Shown here one piece after another: positions 7,958 to 16,542 of a DNA stretch of 64,000 nucleotides. The translations under genes and the position numbers were made by a program. A model generated the notes under the pieces. It was given only the letters and a program-made list of their open reading frames with translations, did no database searches and had not been told where the DNA came from. Origin of the DNA: Candidatus Woesearchaeota archaeon (GTDB taxonomy: Archaea; Nanobdellota; Nanobdellia; SCGC-AAA011-G17; UBA489); contig CAYITG010000001.1 in the NCBI GenBank assembly GCA_964366415.1, positions 650,195 through 714,194 of the forward strand, given 5' to 3'. The number at the start of each line of letters is the position of its first letter. Position 1 is the stretch's first letter.

Positions 7958-10639
7958 ATGCAAAGATTACGAAGAGCAGTTAAAAAAATAGCTGCTATTA
8001 GTGCAGGAGTTGCCATGCTTGGCGCTACTATGACGAGCGCAGTTGCATTGGATCTTGCAGATTACCCAGCACCATTCGTCACGGATGGTACATATAACAC
8101 GGACACAGCCGTTGTTGTGGGAAGAGATGCAGCAGCATCCGATACTATCGGAATTGCTAATGTTATCAAAGGCTTGCAATTTGAGAGCAAAGTCTGTACG
8201 CCAGGACAGTCTGTCGGTGGCGGAGTCAGTATTTCTGGAGATGCAGTTGAAATCTCAGACGCAAGTGACTTGCTTGAATTGCGAGAAAACATTGGAAGCG
8301 TACGCGAAACCATTACAGAAGTTGAATTAGATGGTTTAGCAGGTGGTTTGGTTACCACAAATGAAGGAACAACTGAGTTTAACCAATATTTGCGTTTTAG
8401 AAACACAGTTACTGGCGTCAACACTTTGACGAATTCCCCTTCTATAAACTTTACCGAGAATGATGCTCCTACTTCTGAAGTAGGCGACTACTTGGTCATT
8501 CGAGAAGGCTCAGCAGCAAACACTAGTTTCTTTGAATATGAATTGGAATTCGAAGATGGTTTGGAATCTGACATTGCTTCCAGTAAATTGGAAGATTTGG
8601 AAGATGAAGAACTTATCATCTTGGGAACTACATACACCTTTGTCGACACACGTGTTGACACTAGTGCAAATTCAGTCGAACTTGACATGTTAGGTGGAGC
8701 TGAATATGCAGTTTTGGAAGAAGGTGAAGTACGAACATTTACCATTGATGGTAAAGAGTACGAAGTTGAAGTTTTAATTATTGAGGACACCAATCCTCCT
8801 ACCGCAACTTTCAAGATCAACGGCGAGATCACAGATCAGCTTGTTGATGGTGAAACTGAAATCCTTAAGGATGGAACCTTAATTGGTATTTCTGACATCA
8901 TCTTGAATGAAGCTGGTGAAGCTGGATCTGGCGACTTAGTTGAACTCTTTGTTGGAGCTACAAAACTTCAATTAAAAGACACTAACTACAGTAATTCTGA
9001 AGTAGGAGCCGGCGGACCAACATTAGGTTACTTCCAAGGTGTTGAAATTGATGAAGAACCTATTGAAGATGCCTTTGTGCAAATTCAAGCTAATCTCATC
9101 TCAGCTACAGAGCTTGAGTTGTTGAGCATCAAGTACAGACTTTCCGCAGACGCCTTACCCGGTCAACGAGACATTTTTGTTGCAGCTGGCCACGGAGTTC
9201 GTGAATACCTAGACGAACCTCAGGGTATGCTAGGCTTTGATTGGGACATCCGTTACGAAGGGTTAGACGATGTTGGAGTATCCATCATCAAATTAGATCC
9301 TAGTGGCGATGATGAATACCAGATCGAAGTTGAAAATAAACAAGGAAAGGTTTACAAGTGGCCTTTAATTACCAATGAAGGTGGAACTTTCAAATATGGA
9401 GACAACAATGATGACTTCGTATGGATTGAAGGTTTTATCAATACCACTGCTGCGGCAAACAACTTAACTGGAAGCAAAGACGATGGAACTCCAGATATCT
9501 TTAACGTCGGTCGATTGGACTATTTTATCTTAAGTGACATGGACCGAGCGTTTGATGATACTGCTGTATCTCATATTTTGAGGTATAATTCTATCGATGT
9601 TGCATCTGCACAGTTGCAGTTTGATGACCTTGCAACTGGAAGCAAAGACTTCATCTATGAAGCTGCAGGAAAGCTTGACGCTCTTGGACGAGCTGACATC
9701 GTGATTGGTGGAAGTACTTATACACTTTACATCGCTAACGTGACAGCTGGATTAGCAGGAGACGCACCTTTAGCTATTGATGCGGATGGAGATGGCGTTT
9801 TTACTGAACGTCAAGTCATACGTTTCACCACTAACGGTGGAGGTATTTTGACTTTTGGTCGAAATGGTGCGGTAAGTGATGGAGCTAATGTCTCTGCGAC
9901 AGGTGCAGCTACACAGGCATCATCCATTGCTGCAGGAAATAGTATTGCTGGTAACACAGCTGCTACTTTTATGAACCTTACCACTCTTAGCGAAAATTTC
10001 GATGAGAATGGACCATCTGCAACTGGAGACCCACCAACAAATATCAATGAGGACTTGCAATTTGCAGTTCAGCAAAGAGCTAATAATAGAATTGGAATTA
10101 GCACTGCGGCCTCAAACTGGTCTTCATTAGGCGGTTTTGCCTTAGTCCAACCAGACGAAGACGATGACCACTACTATGGTATGACTGACTATGGTGCACT
10201 CGTTACATTGTTTGATCCTGAAGGAACAGATGATGCTGAAACAGTCACCATTGAGTATCCACTCATTCAACGTGGTGCTCGTGCATTCATTACCATGGGC
10301 GAGACTACTGCAACTAAGACTACTGCAGGCGAAGTTTGTACTGTTGCATCGATTGATGTGAATACATTATTCGATGATGAAGTTACAGACCCAACCATGT
10401 ATGATATGATCCTCGTTGGAGGACCATGTATCAACGATGCAGTTGAGAAAGTCCCAGGTTTAACAACTTGTGATGAATTCAGATCACAGTATGCACCTGG
10501 AGATGCAATTGTCCAATTGGTTGAGAATGGCGATCATGTTGCCATGCTTGTCTCTGGTTACAATGCAGAAGACACCTTAGCAGCTGCAAAAGCAGTTGAG
10601 AAGGGAACTGGCATCAGTGGTACCTTAGCCACCATCTAA
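7958..10639 (+). CDS. putative S-layer or major surface glycoprotein (893 aa, acidic)
   Basis: It has a signal peptide (MQRLRRAVKKIAAISAGVAMLGATMTSAVA). It is rich in Asp/Glu/Thr/Gly and carries many N-x-S/T sequons. It is a monocistronic unit with its own promoter region and a hairpin plus T-tract downstream. AglB lies 7 kb away. Confidence 0.55.
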   Translation: MQRLRRAVKKIAAISAGVAMLGATMTSAVALDLADYPAPFVTDGTYNTDTAVVVGRDAAASDTIGIANVIKGLQFESKVCTPGQSVGGGVSISGDAVEISDASDLLELRENIGSVRETITEVELDGLAGGLVTTNEGTTEFNQYLRFRNTVTGVNTLTNSPSINFTENDAPTSEVGDYLVIREGSAANTSFFEYELEFEDGLESDIASSKLEDLEDEELIILGTTYTFVDTRVDTSANSVELDMLGGAEYAVLEEGEVRTFTIDGKEYEVEVLIIEDTNPPTATFKINGEITDQLVDGETEILKDGTLIGISDIILNEAGEAGSGDLVELFVGATKLQLKDTNYSNSEVGAGGPTLGYFQGVEIDEEPIEDAFVQIQANLISATELELLSIKYRLSADALPGQRDIFVAAGHGVREYLDEPQGMLGFDWDIRYEGLDDVGVSIIKLDPSGDDEYQIEVENKQGKVYKWPLITNEGGTFKYGDNNDDFVWIEGFINTTAAANNLTGSKDDGTPDIFNVGRLDYFILSDMDRAFDDTAVSHILRYNSIDVASAQLQFDDLATGSKDFIYEAAGKLDALGRADIVIGGSTYTLYIANVTAGLAGDAPLAIDADGDGVFTERQVIRFTTNGGGILTFGRNGAVSDGANVSATGAATQASSIAAGNSIAGNTAATFMNLTTLSENFDENGPSATGDPPTNINEDLQFAVQQRANNRIGISTAASNWSSLGGFALVQPDEDDDHYYGMTDYGALVTLFDPEGTDDAETVTIEYPLIQRGARAFITMGETTATKTTAGEVCTVASIDVNTLFDDEVTDPTMYDMILVGGPCINDAVEKVPGLTTCDEFRSQYAPGDAIVQLVENGDHVAMLVSGYNAEDTLAAAKAVEKGTGISGTLATI

Positions 10640-10640
10640 A

Positions 10641-10676
10641 AGAGAGATTAACTCTCTTTCTTTTTTCTTTTTCATT
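10641..10676 (+). terminator. hairpin plus oligo-T terminator after the surface protein gene
   Basis: AGAGAG-attaa-CTCTCT inverted repeat followed by TTCTTTTTTCTTTTTC. Confidence 0.45.
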
Positions 10677-10741
10677 TTTATGACCCTAGTGAATACTTTG
10701 TGGAAAACTTTATATAGTCGCATTCAAGGTGATGTGTTAAC

Positions 10742-11167
10742 ATGATTGTTGGATTTAATCTTACAAAAATTTTAGTTGAGCGTAAGAAACCCGTGCAAGG
10801 AAAGATCAAAGTCAATCACGATTTGCGCATTGACAATGTTGAACAACGACCCTTACCTCTTAAAGACAAAAAGAATGCTCTTATCTTTGAGTTTGTTTTT
10901 AATATTAACTATGAACCTGGCGTAGGCGAAGTCGCTTTACAAGGAAATGTTTTGTATTATGATGATCAGAAGAAGCTTGATGCTATTGCTCAGCAATGGA
11001 AAAAGACCAAAAAAGTTGCTCCAGAAGTTTCTGTTGAAGTCATTAATGTTATCTTTGCTCGCTGTAATATCCGTGCTTTGGAACTTAGTCAAGAACTTAA
11101 CTTACCTGCACATCTTCCTTTACCTCAGATTAATCTGAAAGAAGATCCTAGTAAATACATTGGTTAA
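10742..11167 (+). CDS. hypothetical cytoplasmic protein
   Basis: ORF with an RBS (AAGGTGATG) and no recognisable motifs. Confidence 0.45.
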   Translation: MIVGFNLTKILVERKKPVQGKIKVNHDLRIDNVEQRPLPLKDKKNALIFEFVFNINYEPGVGEVALQGNVLYYDDQKKLDAIAQQWKKTKKVAPEVSVEVINVIFARCNIRALELSQELNLPAHLPLPQINLKEDPSKYIG

Positions 11168-11766
11168 TGTTTTCTATGAAAACTCGAGCTTCTCCAGGAG
11201 AGCAACGTGAGACCAAGAAGCTCTTTCTACCACTTTTTATTGCTACCATTCTTATCATGAGTACGTTTGGTATTATTCTTGGTGGATTTTCCTCTGAAGA
11301 ATCAACAACCACTCAAGGAGAGAATATTGGTGGCGCTTACTTCAGCCTTTCTAATGGCCGATGGATTGTTCAGGGCAGCGGATATACTTTGAATTTGCAG
11401 TATGGTCCTGAAGCTCTTCGCGCTGTTGAACCTATTGATGTTAACTCTTTACGTCAAGTCTCTAAAGTTTATATTAGTTACAAAAGCGGAGAGAATACTT
11501 TAAATGCGATTCCTGACTTTTATCAAAATATGAAACAATTTGTTAAAGTGACTCCAGCTTGCGTGGAAGATGGATCTGGATGCGAAGAACTTCCCTTAAA
11601 GACTTGCGCAGATGCAGATTCTTCTGTTGGCGTTGTTATGATCACTCTTTCTTCTGAACAACATATTACTCAAGAAGGAACATGTATCCACATTCAAGGT
11701 GATGCAGAATATATTACTGCTGTTGTTGACAGAATTCTTTTGACTTATGTTGGAGTTACTTTATGA
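11167..11766 (+). CDS. membrane-anchored hypothetical protein
   Basis: It has an N-terminal signal anchor. Its C-terminal motif DRILLTYVGV is shared with the next ORF, so the two are paralogs. Confidence 0.45.
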   Translation: MFSMKTRASPGEQRETKKLFLPLFIATILIMSTFGIILGGFSSEESTTTQGENIGGAYFSLSNGRWIVQGSGYTLNLQYGPEALRAVEPIDVNSLRQVSKVYISYKSGENTLNAIPDFYQNMKQFVKVTPACVEDGSGCEELPLKTCADADSSVGVVMITLSSEQHITQEGTCIHIQGDAEYITAVVDRILLTYVGVTL

Positions 11767-12368
11767 AACCTCATGAAAAACAGCTCATGATTATTTTTGT
11801 CATTCTTGGGATTTTATTTCTTGGTCTGATTGGTGGCATTATGTATTATAAAAAAGAATATCAAAAAAGTTATTTTACCTATCGTGGTTTTGACTTCAAA
11901 CAAGTTGCTGGAGGATATCAGATTACAGTCTATATCAATGAACAACAGATTCCACGCACACTTACTTTACGGTCAGACCCTCGTGACATCGAAGATATTC
12001 CTGTCGAGACAGACGTACGTTCCTTAATAAAAAAGAAAGAGATCTTCGTAACGATTAATCCTTATGATAATCTTACCGGGCTCACCACCATGGCAGTGTT
12101 AGAACTTGATAAAGTTTTAGATAATCCTAATTTGTATAACATTCCTTTGAATGCTTCTTTTACAGAACTTTATCCAAAAGGAGGATTAAGCGTGAAGACA
12201 TGTGTTGATGCTACTCCCGATATCGCTGTCTTATGGTTTAAACTTGAAGAACGCACGCGCATTTATGAGAATGAGGGATGTATTATTATTGCTGGAGAAC
12301 AAGAGGAAGATCTTGTTGAGGTCGCGGATAGAATTATTTATACACTCTTGGGCATTATGGATTCCTGA
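11763..12368 (+). CDS. membrane-anchored hypothetical protein (paralog of 11167..11766)
   Basis: It has an N-terminal TM helix, a 4-nt overlap with the upstream gene, and a conserved C-terminal motif ADRIIYTLLGI. Confidence 0.45.
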   Translation: MKPHEKQLMIIFVILGILFLGLIGGIMYYKKEYQKSYFTYRGFDFKQVAGGYQITVYINEQQIPRTLTLRSDPRDIEDIPVETDVRSLIKKKEIFVTINPYDNLTGLTTMAVLELDKVLDNPNLYNIPLNASFTELYPKGGLSVKTCVDATPDIAVLWFKLEERTRIYENEGCIIIAGEQEEDLVEVADRIIYTLLGIMDS

Positions 12369-12385
12369 TTACTTTTTTTAGAATA

Positions 12386-12527
12386 CGCCGGGAGCAGGAT
12401 TTGAACCTGCATATCCTTGCGGAAACAGGCTGACCTGATATGTACTCAAGGCATACGCAATAAGAACCTAGGTTCTTATCAACTCCTAGACTTATTTCTG
12501 CGCACTACCAGGTTATGCGATCCCGGC
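12386..12527 (-). tRNA. intron-containing tRNA gene (142 nt; isotype not resolved)
   Basis: On the minus strand it reads 5'-GCCGGGA-T-C-GCAT-AACCTGGTA-GTGC.... The 3' end is GCAGG-TTCAAAT-CCTGC-TCCCGGC-G, giving a perfect 7-bp acceptor stem, a canonical D-arm and a canonical T-arm (GGTTCAAATCC). About 65-70 nt of extra sequence lie between the D-arm and T-arm, so there is at least one intron. CCA is not encoded. Confidence 0.6.
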
Positions 12528-12550
12528 TTTAGAATATTTTTACCTATCGG

Positions 12551-12562
12551 TTCTTTTAAACC
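12551..12562 (-). promoter_or_regulatory. putative TATA box for the tRNA gene
   Basis: TTTAAAAG on the minus strand lies ~26-30 nt upstream of the tRNA 5' end. Confidence 0.3.
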
Positions 12563-12563
12563 T

Positions 12564-13619
12564 TTAGGTATCTCGCTCTAAAATGTAAATGTCTAAGAAT
12601 ACGTTGAAGATGGCAAAGATTAATGGACCAAGAATGATACCTAATAATCCGAACACACGAATACCACCTAAAACTCCTAATAACACGAGAACGGGATGGA
12701 TTTTTCCTTTTGATCCGATCAGCTTTGGACGAATAACATTGTCTATTGTACTTACAATGAATACTCCATATAAGATTAATCCGATGCCATTAAATGTTTC
12801 ACCAGTAAATAATTTATACACTGCTGCAGGGAACCACACAAAAGAAGCTCCAACGAAAGGCAGCATTGATAAGATAATCATGACCAATCCCCATAGGAGT
12901 GGCGATGGCACATTAAAAATCCATAAACCAATAGCGCCCACTGTCCCTTGAATAAATGCTGTCATAACCAACCCATATAAACTTGCATAAATAACGCTGC
13001 TAAATTTTTTTGTAATATGTTTCTTATGCACTTCGCGCAAGGGAATATGATCTTGAATTTGTTGAACGACATTTTGGCCTTCCTTAAACAAATAGAACAT
13101 GATAAATAACATGGCAAAAAATTGCAGCACTTTTCCTGGAAGGGAAATTACAAAGTCTGATGTCTCTTTTGCAAGTGATAATGCCAACCTGTTTAATAAT
13201 TCTTTGAATTGATCTTGAATGTCTACGTTTGCGCTCACATACTTTGCAACAAACGCTTCTACCTGGCCTACATCAATTTCACGGACACGATAAAAGAAGT
13301 CGATCGATTGGTTGATCAATGCATTGGCAGCAAAAATTAAGGGAATAATGATAATGAAGACAATAATAATTACTGTGATAAGCGATGCCAAATTCTCACT
13401 ACGCACACCAGACTTAATCTTTAGATATAAGGGATAAAAAATATATGCCAGTAATATTGCGCTGATAATTGTCGTAATAAATGGTTTTAGGAGATACAAT
13501 GAAACTATTGCAATAATGAGAAAACACACAATAAAGAAATATTTCGAATGTTTTTGAAACGCCCCGTCTTCCATACTTTCGTAAGAGTTACTTTTCTTTA
13601 TAAGTCTTTTTGTAAACAA
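12564..13619 (-). CDS. AI-2E family (UPF0118, PerM-like) transporter-like membrane protein
   Basis: It is 351 aa with ~8 TM segments. Its length, topology and composition are typical of AI-2E family permeases. Confidence 0.45.
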   Translation of the reverse strand: MFTKRLIKKSNSYESMEDGAFQKHSKYFFIVCFLIIAIVSLYLLKPFITTIISAILLAYIFYPLYLKIKSGVRSENLASLITVIIIVFIIIIPLIFAANALINQSIDFFYRVREIDVGQVEAFVAKYVSANVDIQDQFKELLNRLALSLAKETSDFVISLPGKVLQFFAMLFIMFYLFKEGQNVVQQIQDHIPLREVHKKHITKKFSSVIYASLYGLVMTAFIQGTVGAIGLWIFNVPSPLLWGLVMIILSMLPFVGASFVWFPAAVYKLFTGETFNGIGLILYGVFIVSTIDNVIRPKLIGSKGKIHPVLVLLGVLGGIRVFGLLGIILGPLIFAIFNVFLDIYILERDT

Positions 13620-13662
13620 GAACCTTTAAAAAAGCCTTTATCCTTCTTTTATAAGGAGCTTT

Positions 13663-14022
13663 ATGGTTGTATCCCCAGATAAAACTATTGTCGGTCTTGT
13701 TGAAGAAGTTGAAATTAACAATCAGATTTTTCTCGCACGTATTGATACAGGAGCAGCTACAAGTTCTATTGATTTAGGATTGGCATCTGAATTGCAACTA
13801 GGGCCTTTAATTGCCAAGCGCACTGTACGCTCTGCTCAAGGAAAAGCTATTCGGCCTGTCGTCAAAGTGTCTGTGCGCATTAAAAACCGCAGAATGCGCG
13901 CTTCTTTTACTGTCATTCATCGGGCGCATATGGATTATCCCATCCTTATCGGGAGAAATCTTTTGAAAAAAAACTTTCTTATTGATCCAGCATTACCGTT
14001 ACCTACACGGAAAATCTCATGA
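13663..14022 (+). CDS. retropepsin-like aspartic protease (COG4067-type, RimK-associated)
   Basis: It carries the D-T-G-A active-site motif (ARIDTGAATSS). It is 119 aa and overlaps the downstream ATP-grasp gene by 4 nt. Confidence 0.65.
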   Translation: MVVSPDKTIVGLVEEVEINNQIFLARIDTGAATSSIDLGLASELQLGPLIAKRTVRSAQGKAIRPVVKVSVRIKNRRMRASFTVIHRAHMDYPILIGRNLLKKNFLIDPALPLPTRKIS

Positions 14023-15092
14023 AACTCTGTGTCATCAGCCTTGGCGGAAAAAGTAGTTTGCATATTGCGAAAGAAGCTGAACATTACTTTGATCATGTTG
14101 ATGCTGTTGATCTTCGCACGTTAGAAGTTCATGCTTCCTCAGAAGGACTGGATGTTTTTTCTGGAAAAAAACAACTTAAGGATTATGATTGTATTTACAT
14201 TCGTGGATCGTTCAAATATACTCTTCTTCAACGCGCCATTAGCCGAGCATTTTACAATGAGGCGTATTTACCCATTAAACCTTTAGCATTTTCTATTGCT
14301 CATGATAAATTTCTTACCTTGCTTGAACTTTTGAAGAATGGAGTGAATACTCCGAAGACATATTTTGCTGCAACCACTCCTGCTGCTAAAAAAATCCTTG
14401 AAGACGTTCAATACCCTATCGTGATGAAGATTCCTTTTGGCACCCAGGGAAAAGGCGTCATGATGGCAGATTCTTTGATGGGCGCAAAAACGATGTTGGA
14501 TGCTTTAGAAACTTTCAAACAACCTTACATTATTCAGGAGTTCATTGATGCGGACTTTACAGACATTCGTGCTGTTGTCATTGGCAATAAAGTCATTGCT
14601 ATGAAAAGACGGGCTGCTTCAGAAGAAATGCGCGCCAATATTCATGCTGGCGGGAAGGGAGAACTTGTTGAGATTAGTCCTGATATTGAACAAATTGCCT
14701 TAAAATCTGCGAAAGTATTAGGGGCAGACATTTGCGCCGTTGATATTATGGAGGGTAGAAAACCTTCCGTTATTGAAGTGAATCTTTCTCCAGGCCTTGC
14801 AGGCATTACCAAAGCCACTAAAAAAAACGTTGCGCAATCTATTGCCAAATACCTTGCAGAACAAACTCAGGATTATCTCAAGAAAAAGAAAGCAGCTCAA
14901 CAGGGAAAGATCATGAATGCACTTCCACGCCGCAATACTAAAATCCTTTCTACTCTTGATGTTCGCAATGGCATGATCCGTTTGCCTAAATTTGTTACTG
15001 ATCTCAGCGAGTTCACTATGAATGATGAAATCACCCTTATTGTGGACAAAGGAAAAGTCGAAATTCGAGACACTAAGATCAAGAAAGAATAG
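14019..15092 (+). CDS. RimK-like ATP-grasp alpha-L-glutamate ligase family protein
   Basis: ATP-grasp motifs are present (KIPFGTQGKGVMMAD; IIQEFID...DIRAVVIGNKVIAMKRRA). It is paired with a retropepsin-like protein as in RimK loci. Confidence 0.7.
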   Translation: MKLCVISLGGKSSLHIAKEAEHYFDHVDAVDLRTLEVHASSEGLDVFSGKKQLKDYDCIYIRGSFKYTLLQRAISRAFYNEAYLPIKPLAFSIAHDKFLTLLELLKNGVNTPKTYFAATTPAAKKILEDVQYPIVMKIPFGTQGKGVMMADSLMGAKTMLDALETFKQPYIIQEFIDADFTDIRAVVIGNKVIAMKRRAASEEMRANIHAGGKGELVEISPDIEQIALKSAKVLGADICAVDIMEGRKPSVIEVNLSPGLAGITKATKKNVAQSIAKYLAEQTQDYLKKKKAAQQGKIMNALPRRNTKILSTLDVRNGMIRLPKFVTDLSEFTMNDEITLIVDKGKVEIRDTKIKKE

Positions 15093-15173
15093 ATTTGTAG
15101 TGAACAACGAGATAATTTTAATTTTATATATCCTCGTAACAATATTTATAAATTCGCGCTTCATTTTTCTTTT

Positions 15174-15725
15174 ATGGACATTGAAGAAGCATTGCAAAAG
15201 AAAGGACTTGTTAACATCCAGTCCATTAATAACCATATCCGTTTGGACCTACGTTATGCTACTGCGAATAATATAACAAAAAAGAAATTGTATTCCAGAC
15301 CACTCTGTTTTTTCAGAGAAGAAGTTGCTGAAAACCTTTCATTCGTTCAGCAAGAATTAGAGAACAAAGGATTAACTTTAATTATTTGGGATGGCTACCG
15401 GCCACTTCGCATACAAACATCCATCTGGAACGCATTTCCTCATCCTACTTACAATACAAAAATTTCTTCTCACAATAAAGGAATTGCTGTAGATCTTACT
15501 TTAGGAGATAAGGATGGCAATCCTCTTCCTATGCCAACAGCATTCGATGTTTTTGGAGAACAAAGCCATCATGGATTTGGTAAACTTCCAGAAACTGTCA
15601 TAGCAAATAGAGAGACGCTAAAGGATGTTATGGAACGACATGGTTTTGAACGTTTTGAATTTGAGTGGTGGCATTATACCTACACTAAATTAAAGGATGT
15701 AGAGGTATTAGACATTCCGATTTAA
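15174..15725 (+). CDS. D-Ala-D-Ala dipeptidase (VanX/DdpX, M15D peptidase)
   Basis: It has an SxHxxGxAxD motif (SSHNKGIAVDL) and a C-terminal EWWH (FEFEWWHYTY). The length is 183 aa. Confidence 0.65.
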   Translation: MDIEEALQKKGLVNIQSINNHIRLDLRYATANNITKKKLYSRPLCFFREEVAENLSFVQQELENKGLTLIIWDGYRPLRIQTSIWNAFPHPTYNTKISSHNKGIAVDLTLGDKDGNPLPMPTAFDVFGEQSHHGFGKLPETVIANRETLKDVMERHGFERFEFEWWHYTYTKLKDVEVLDIPI

Positions 15726-15774
15726 ACTAACCTTTTCCAAAGATTTATAAACACTTTTTTCTCCTTCTTTTTTT

Positions 15775-16479
15775 ATGAATGTCGCCGTTATGTATTCTGG
15801 TGGAAAGGACAGCACTTTTGCTATTCAGCACTGCCTTCAGAAAGGATGGACTATCAAATACCTATTGAGTGTTAAACCAACGCGCAATGATTGTTACCTT
15901 TTCCACTTTGCAACTGTTGAATATACTAAAGAATTATCGAGCATGTTAGGGTTTGACCATATTTACACTACTTGTGATGTTGCCGATCCTGAACAAGAAG
16001 CCCAGATTATTAAAAACATTGTTCGCGACAATATGGTTGATGCTGTTGTGTTAGGTGGCGTTGGATTACAAGAAACGCAGATTAAATCTTTACGTGATGC
16101 CTTATTTGATTTAGGCGTTGAAGTTTTTGCCAGTCATACCGGACAAGATCATGGGGTTTTGATCCAGCAGATGATTGCTGATGGTTATGATATCCGCATT
16201 ACTCAAATTGCAGCTGACGGATTACATAAAGGATGGCTTGGAAAGAAGATTGATGCCAGCACTTTTGGTGAATTGAAAGCTTTATCAGAACGCTATGGGT
16301 TCCATTTTGGAGCTGAAGGCGGGCATTATGACACTTTAGTTGTTGATGGACCTATTTTTCAGCGACGCTTGGAGATTTTAGATTCTGAACCTGTCATGGA
16401 AACACGTTGTAGTGGACATTTACATGTCAAGAAGATAGCTATCGTTGAAAAACACCCTCTTGTACGCGCTTATCCTTGA
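15775..16479 (+). CDS. MJ0570-family PP-loop ATP pyrophosphatase (diphthine-ammonia ligase Dph6-like)
   Basis: The N-terminus MNVAVMYSGGKDSTFAI contains an SGGxDS PP-loop. Its length (~234 aa) and layout match the MJ0570 family. Confidence 0.7.
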   Translation: MNVAVMYSGGKDSTFAIQHCLQKGWTIKYLLSVKPTRNDCYLFHFATVEYTKELSSMLGFDHIYTTCDVADPEQEAQIIKNIVRDNMVDAVVLGGVGLQETQIKSLRDALFDLGVEVFASHTGQDHGVLIQQMIADGYDIRITQIAADGLHKGWLGKKIDASTFGELKALSERYGFHFGAEGGHYDTLVVDGPIFQRRLEILDSEPVMETRCSGHLHVKKIAIVEKHPLVRAYP

Positions 16480-16542
16480 TATTTTTTCTCTTTTCGTAGT
16501 TAGAACACAATCTATATAAAGTAAGTTTGGCCTTTTTTTCTT

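Noticed and set aside
8043-10047. ORFs overlapping the surface-protein gene (8043..8330, 8062..8424, 8488..8832, 9811..10047)
   Set aside because: They are embedded in the 893-aa CDS on alternative frames or strands and carry no independent signals.
12463-12474. Perfect palindrome GAACCTAGGTTC
   Set aside because: It is not treated as a separate regulatory site because it lies inside the tRNA intron. It is more likely an RNA hairpin or BHB-related element, or a restriction-site coincidence.
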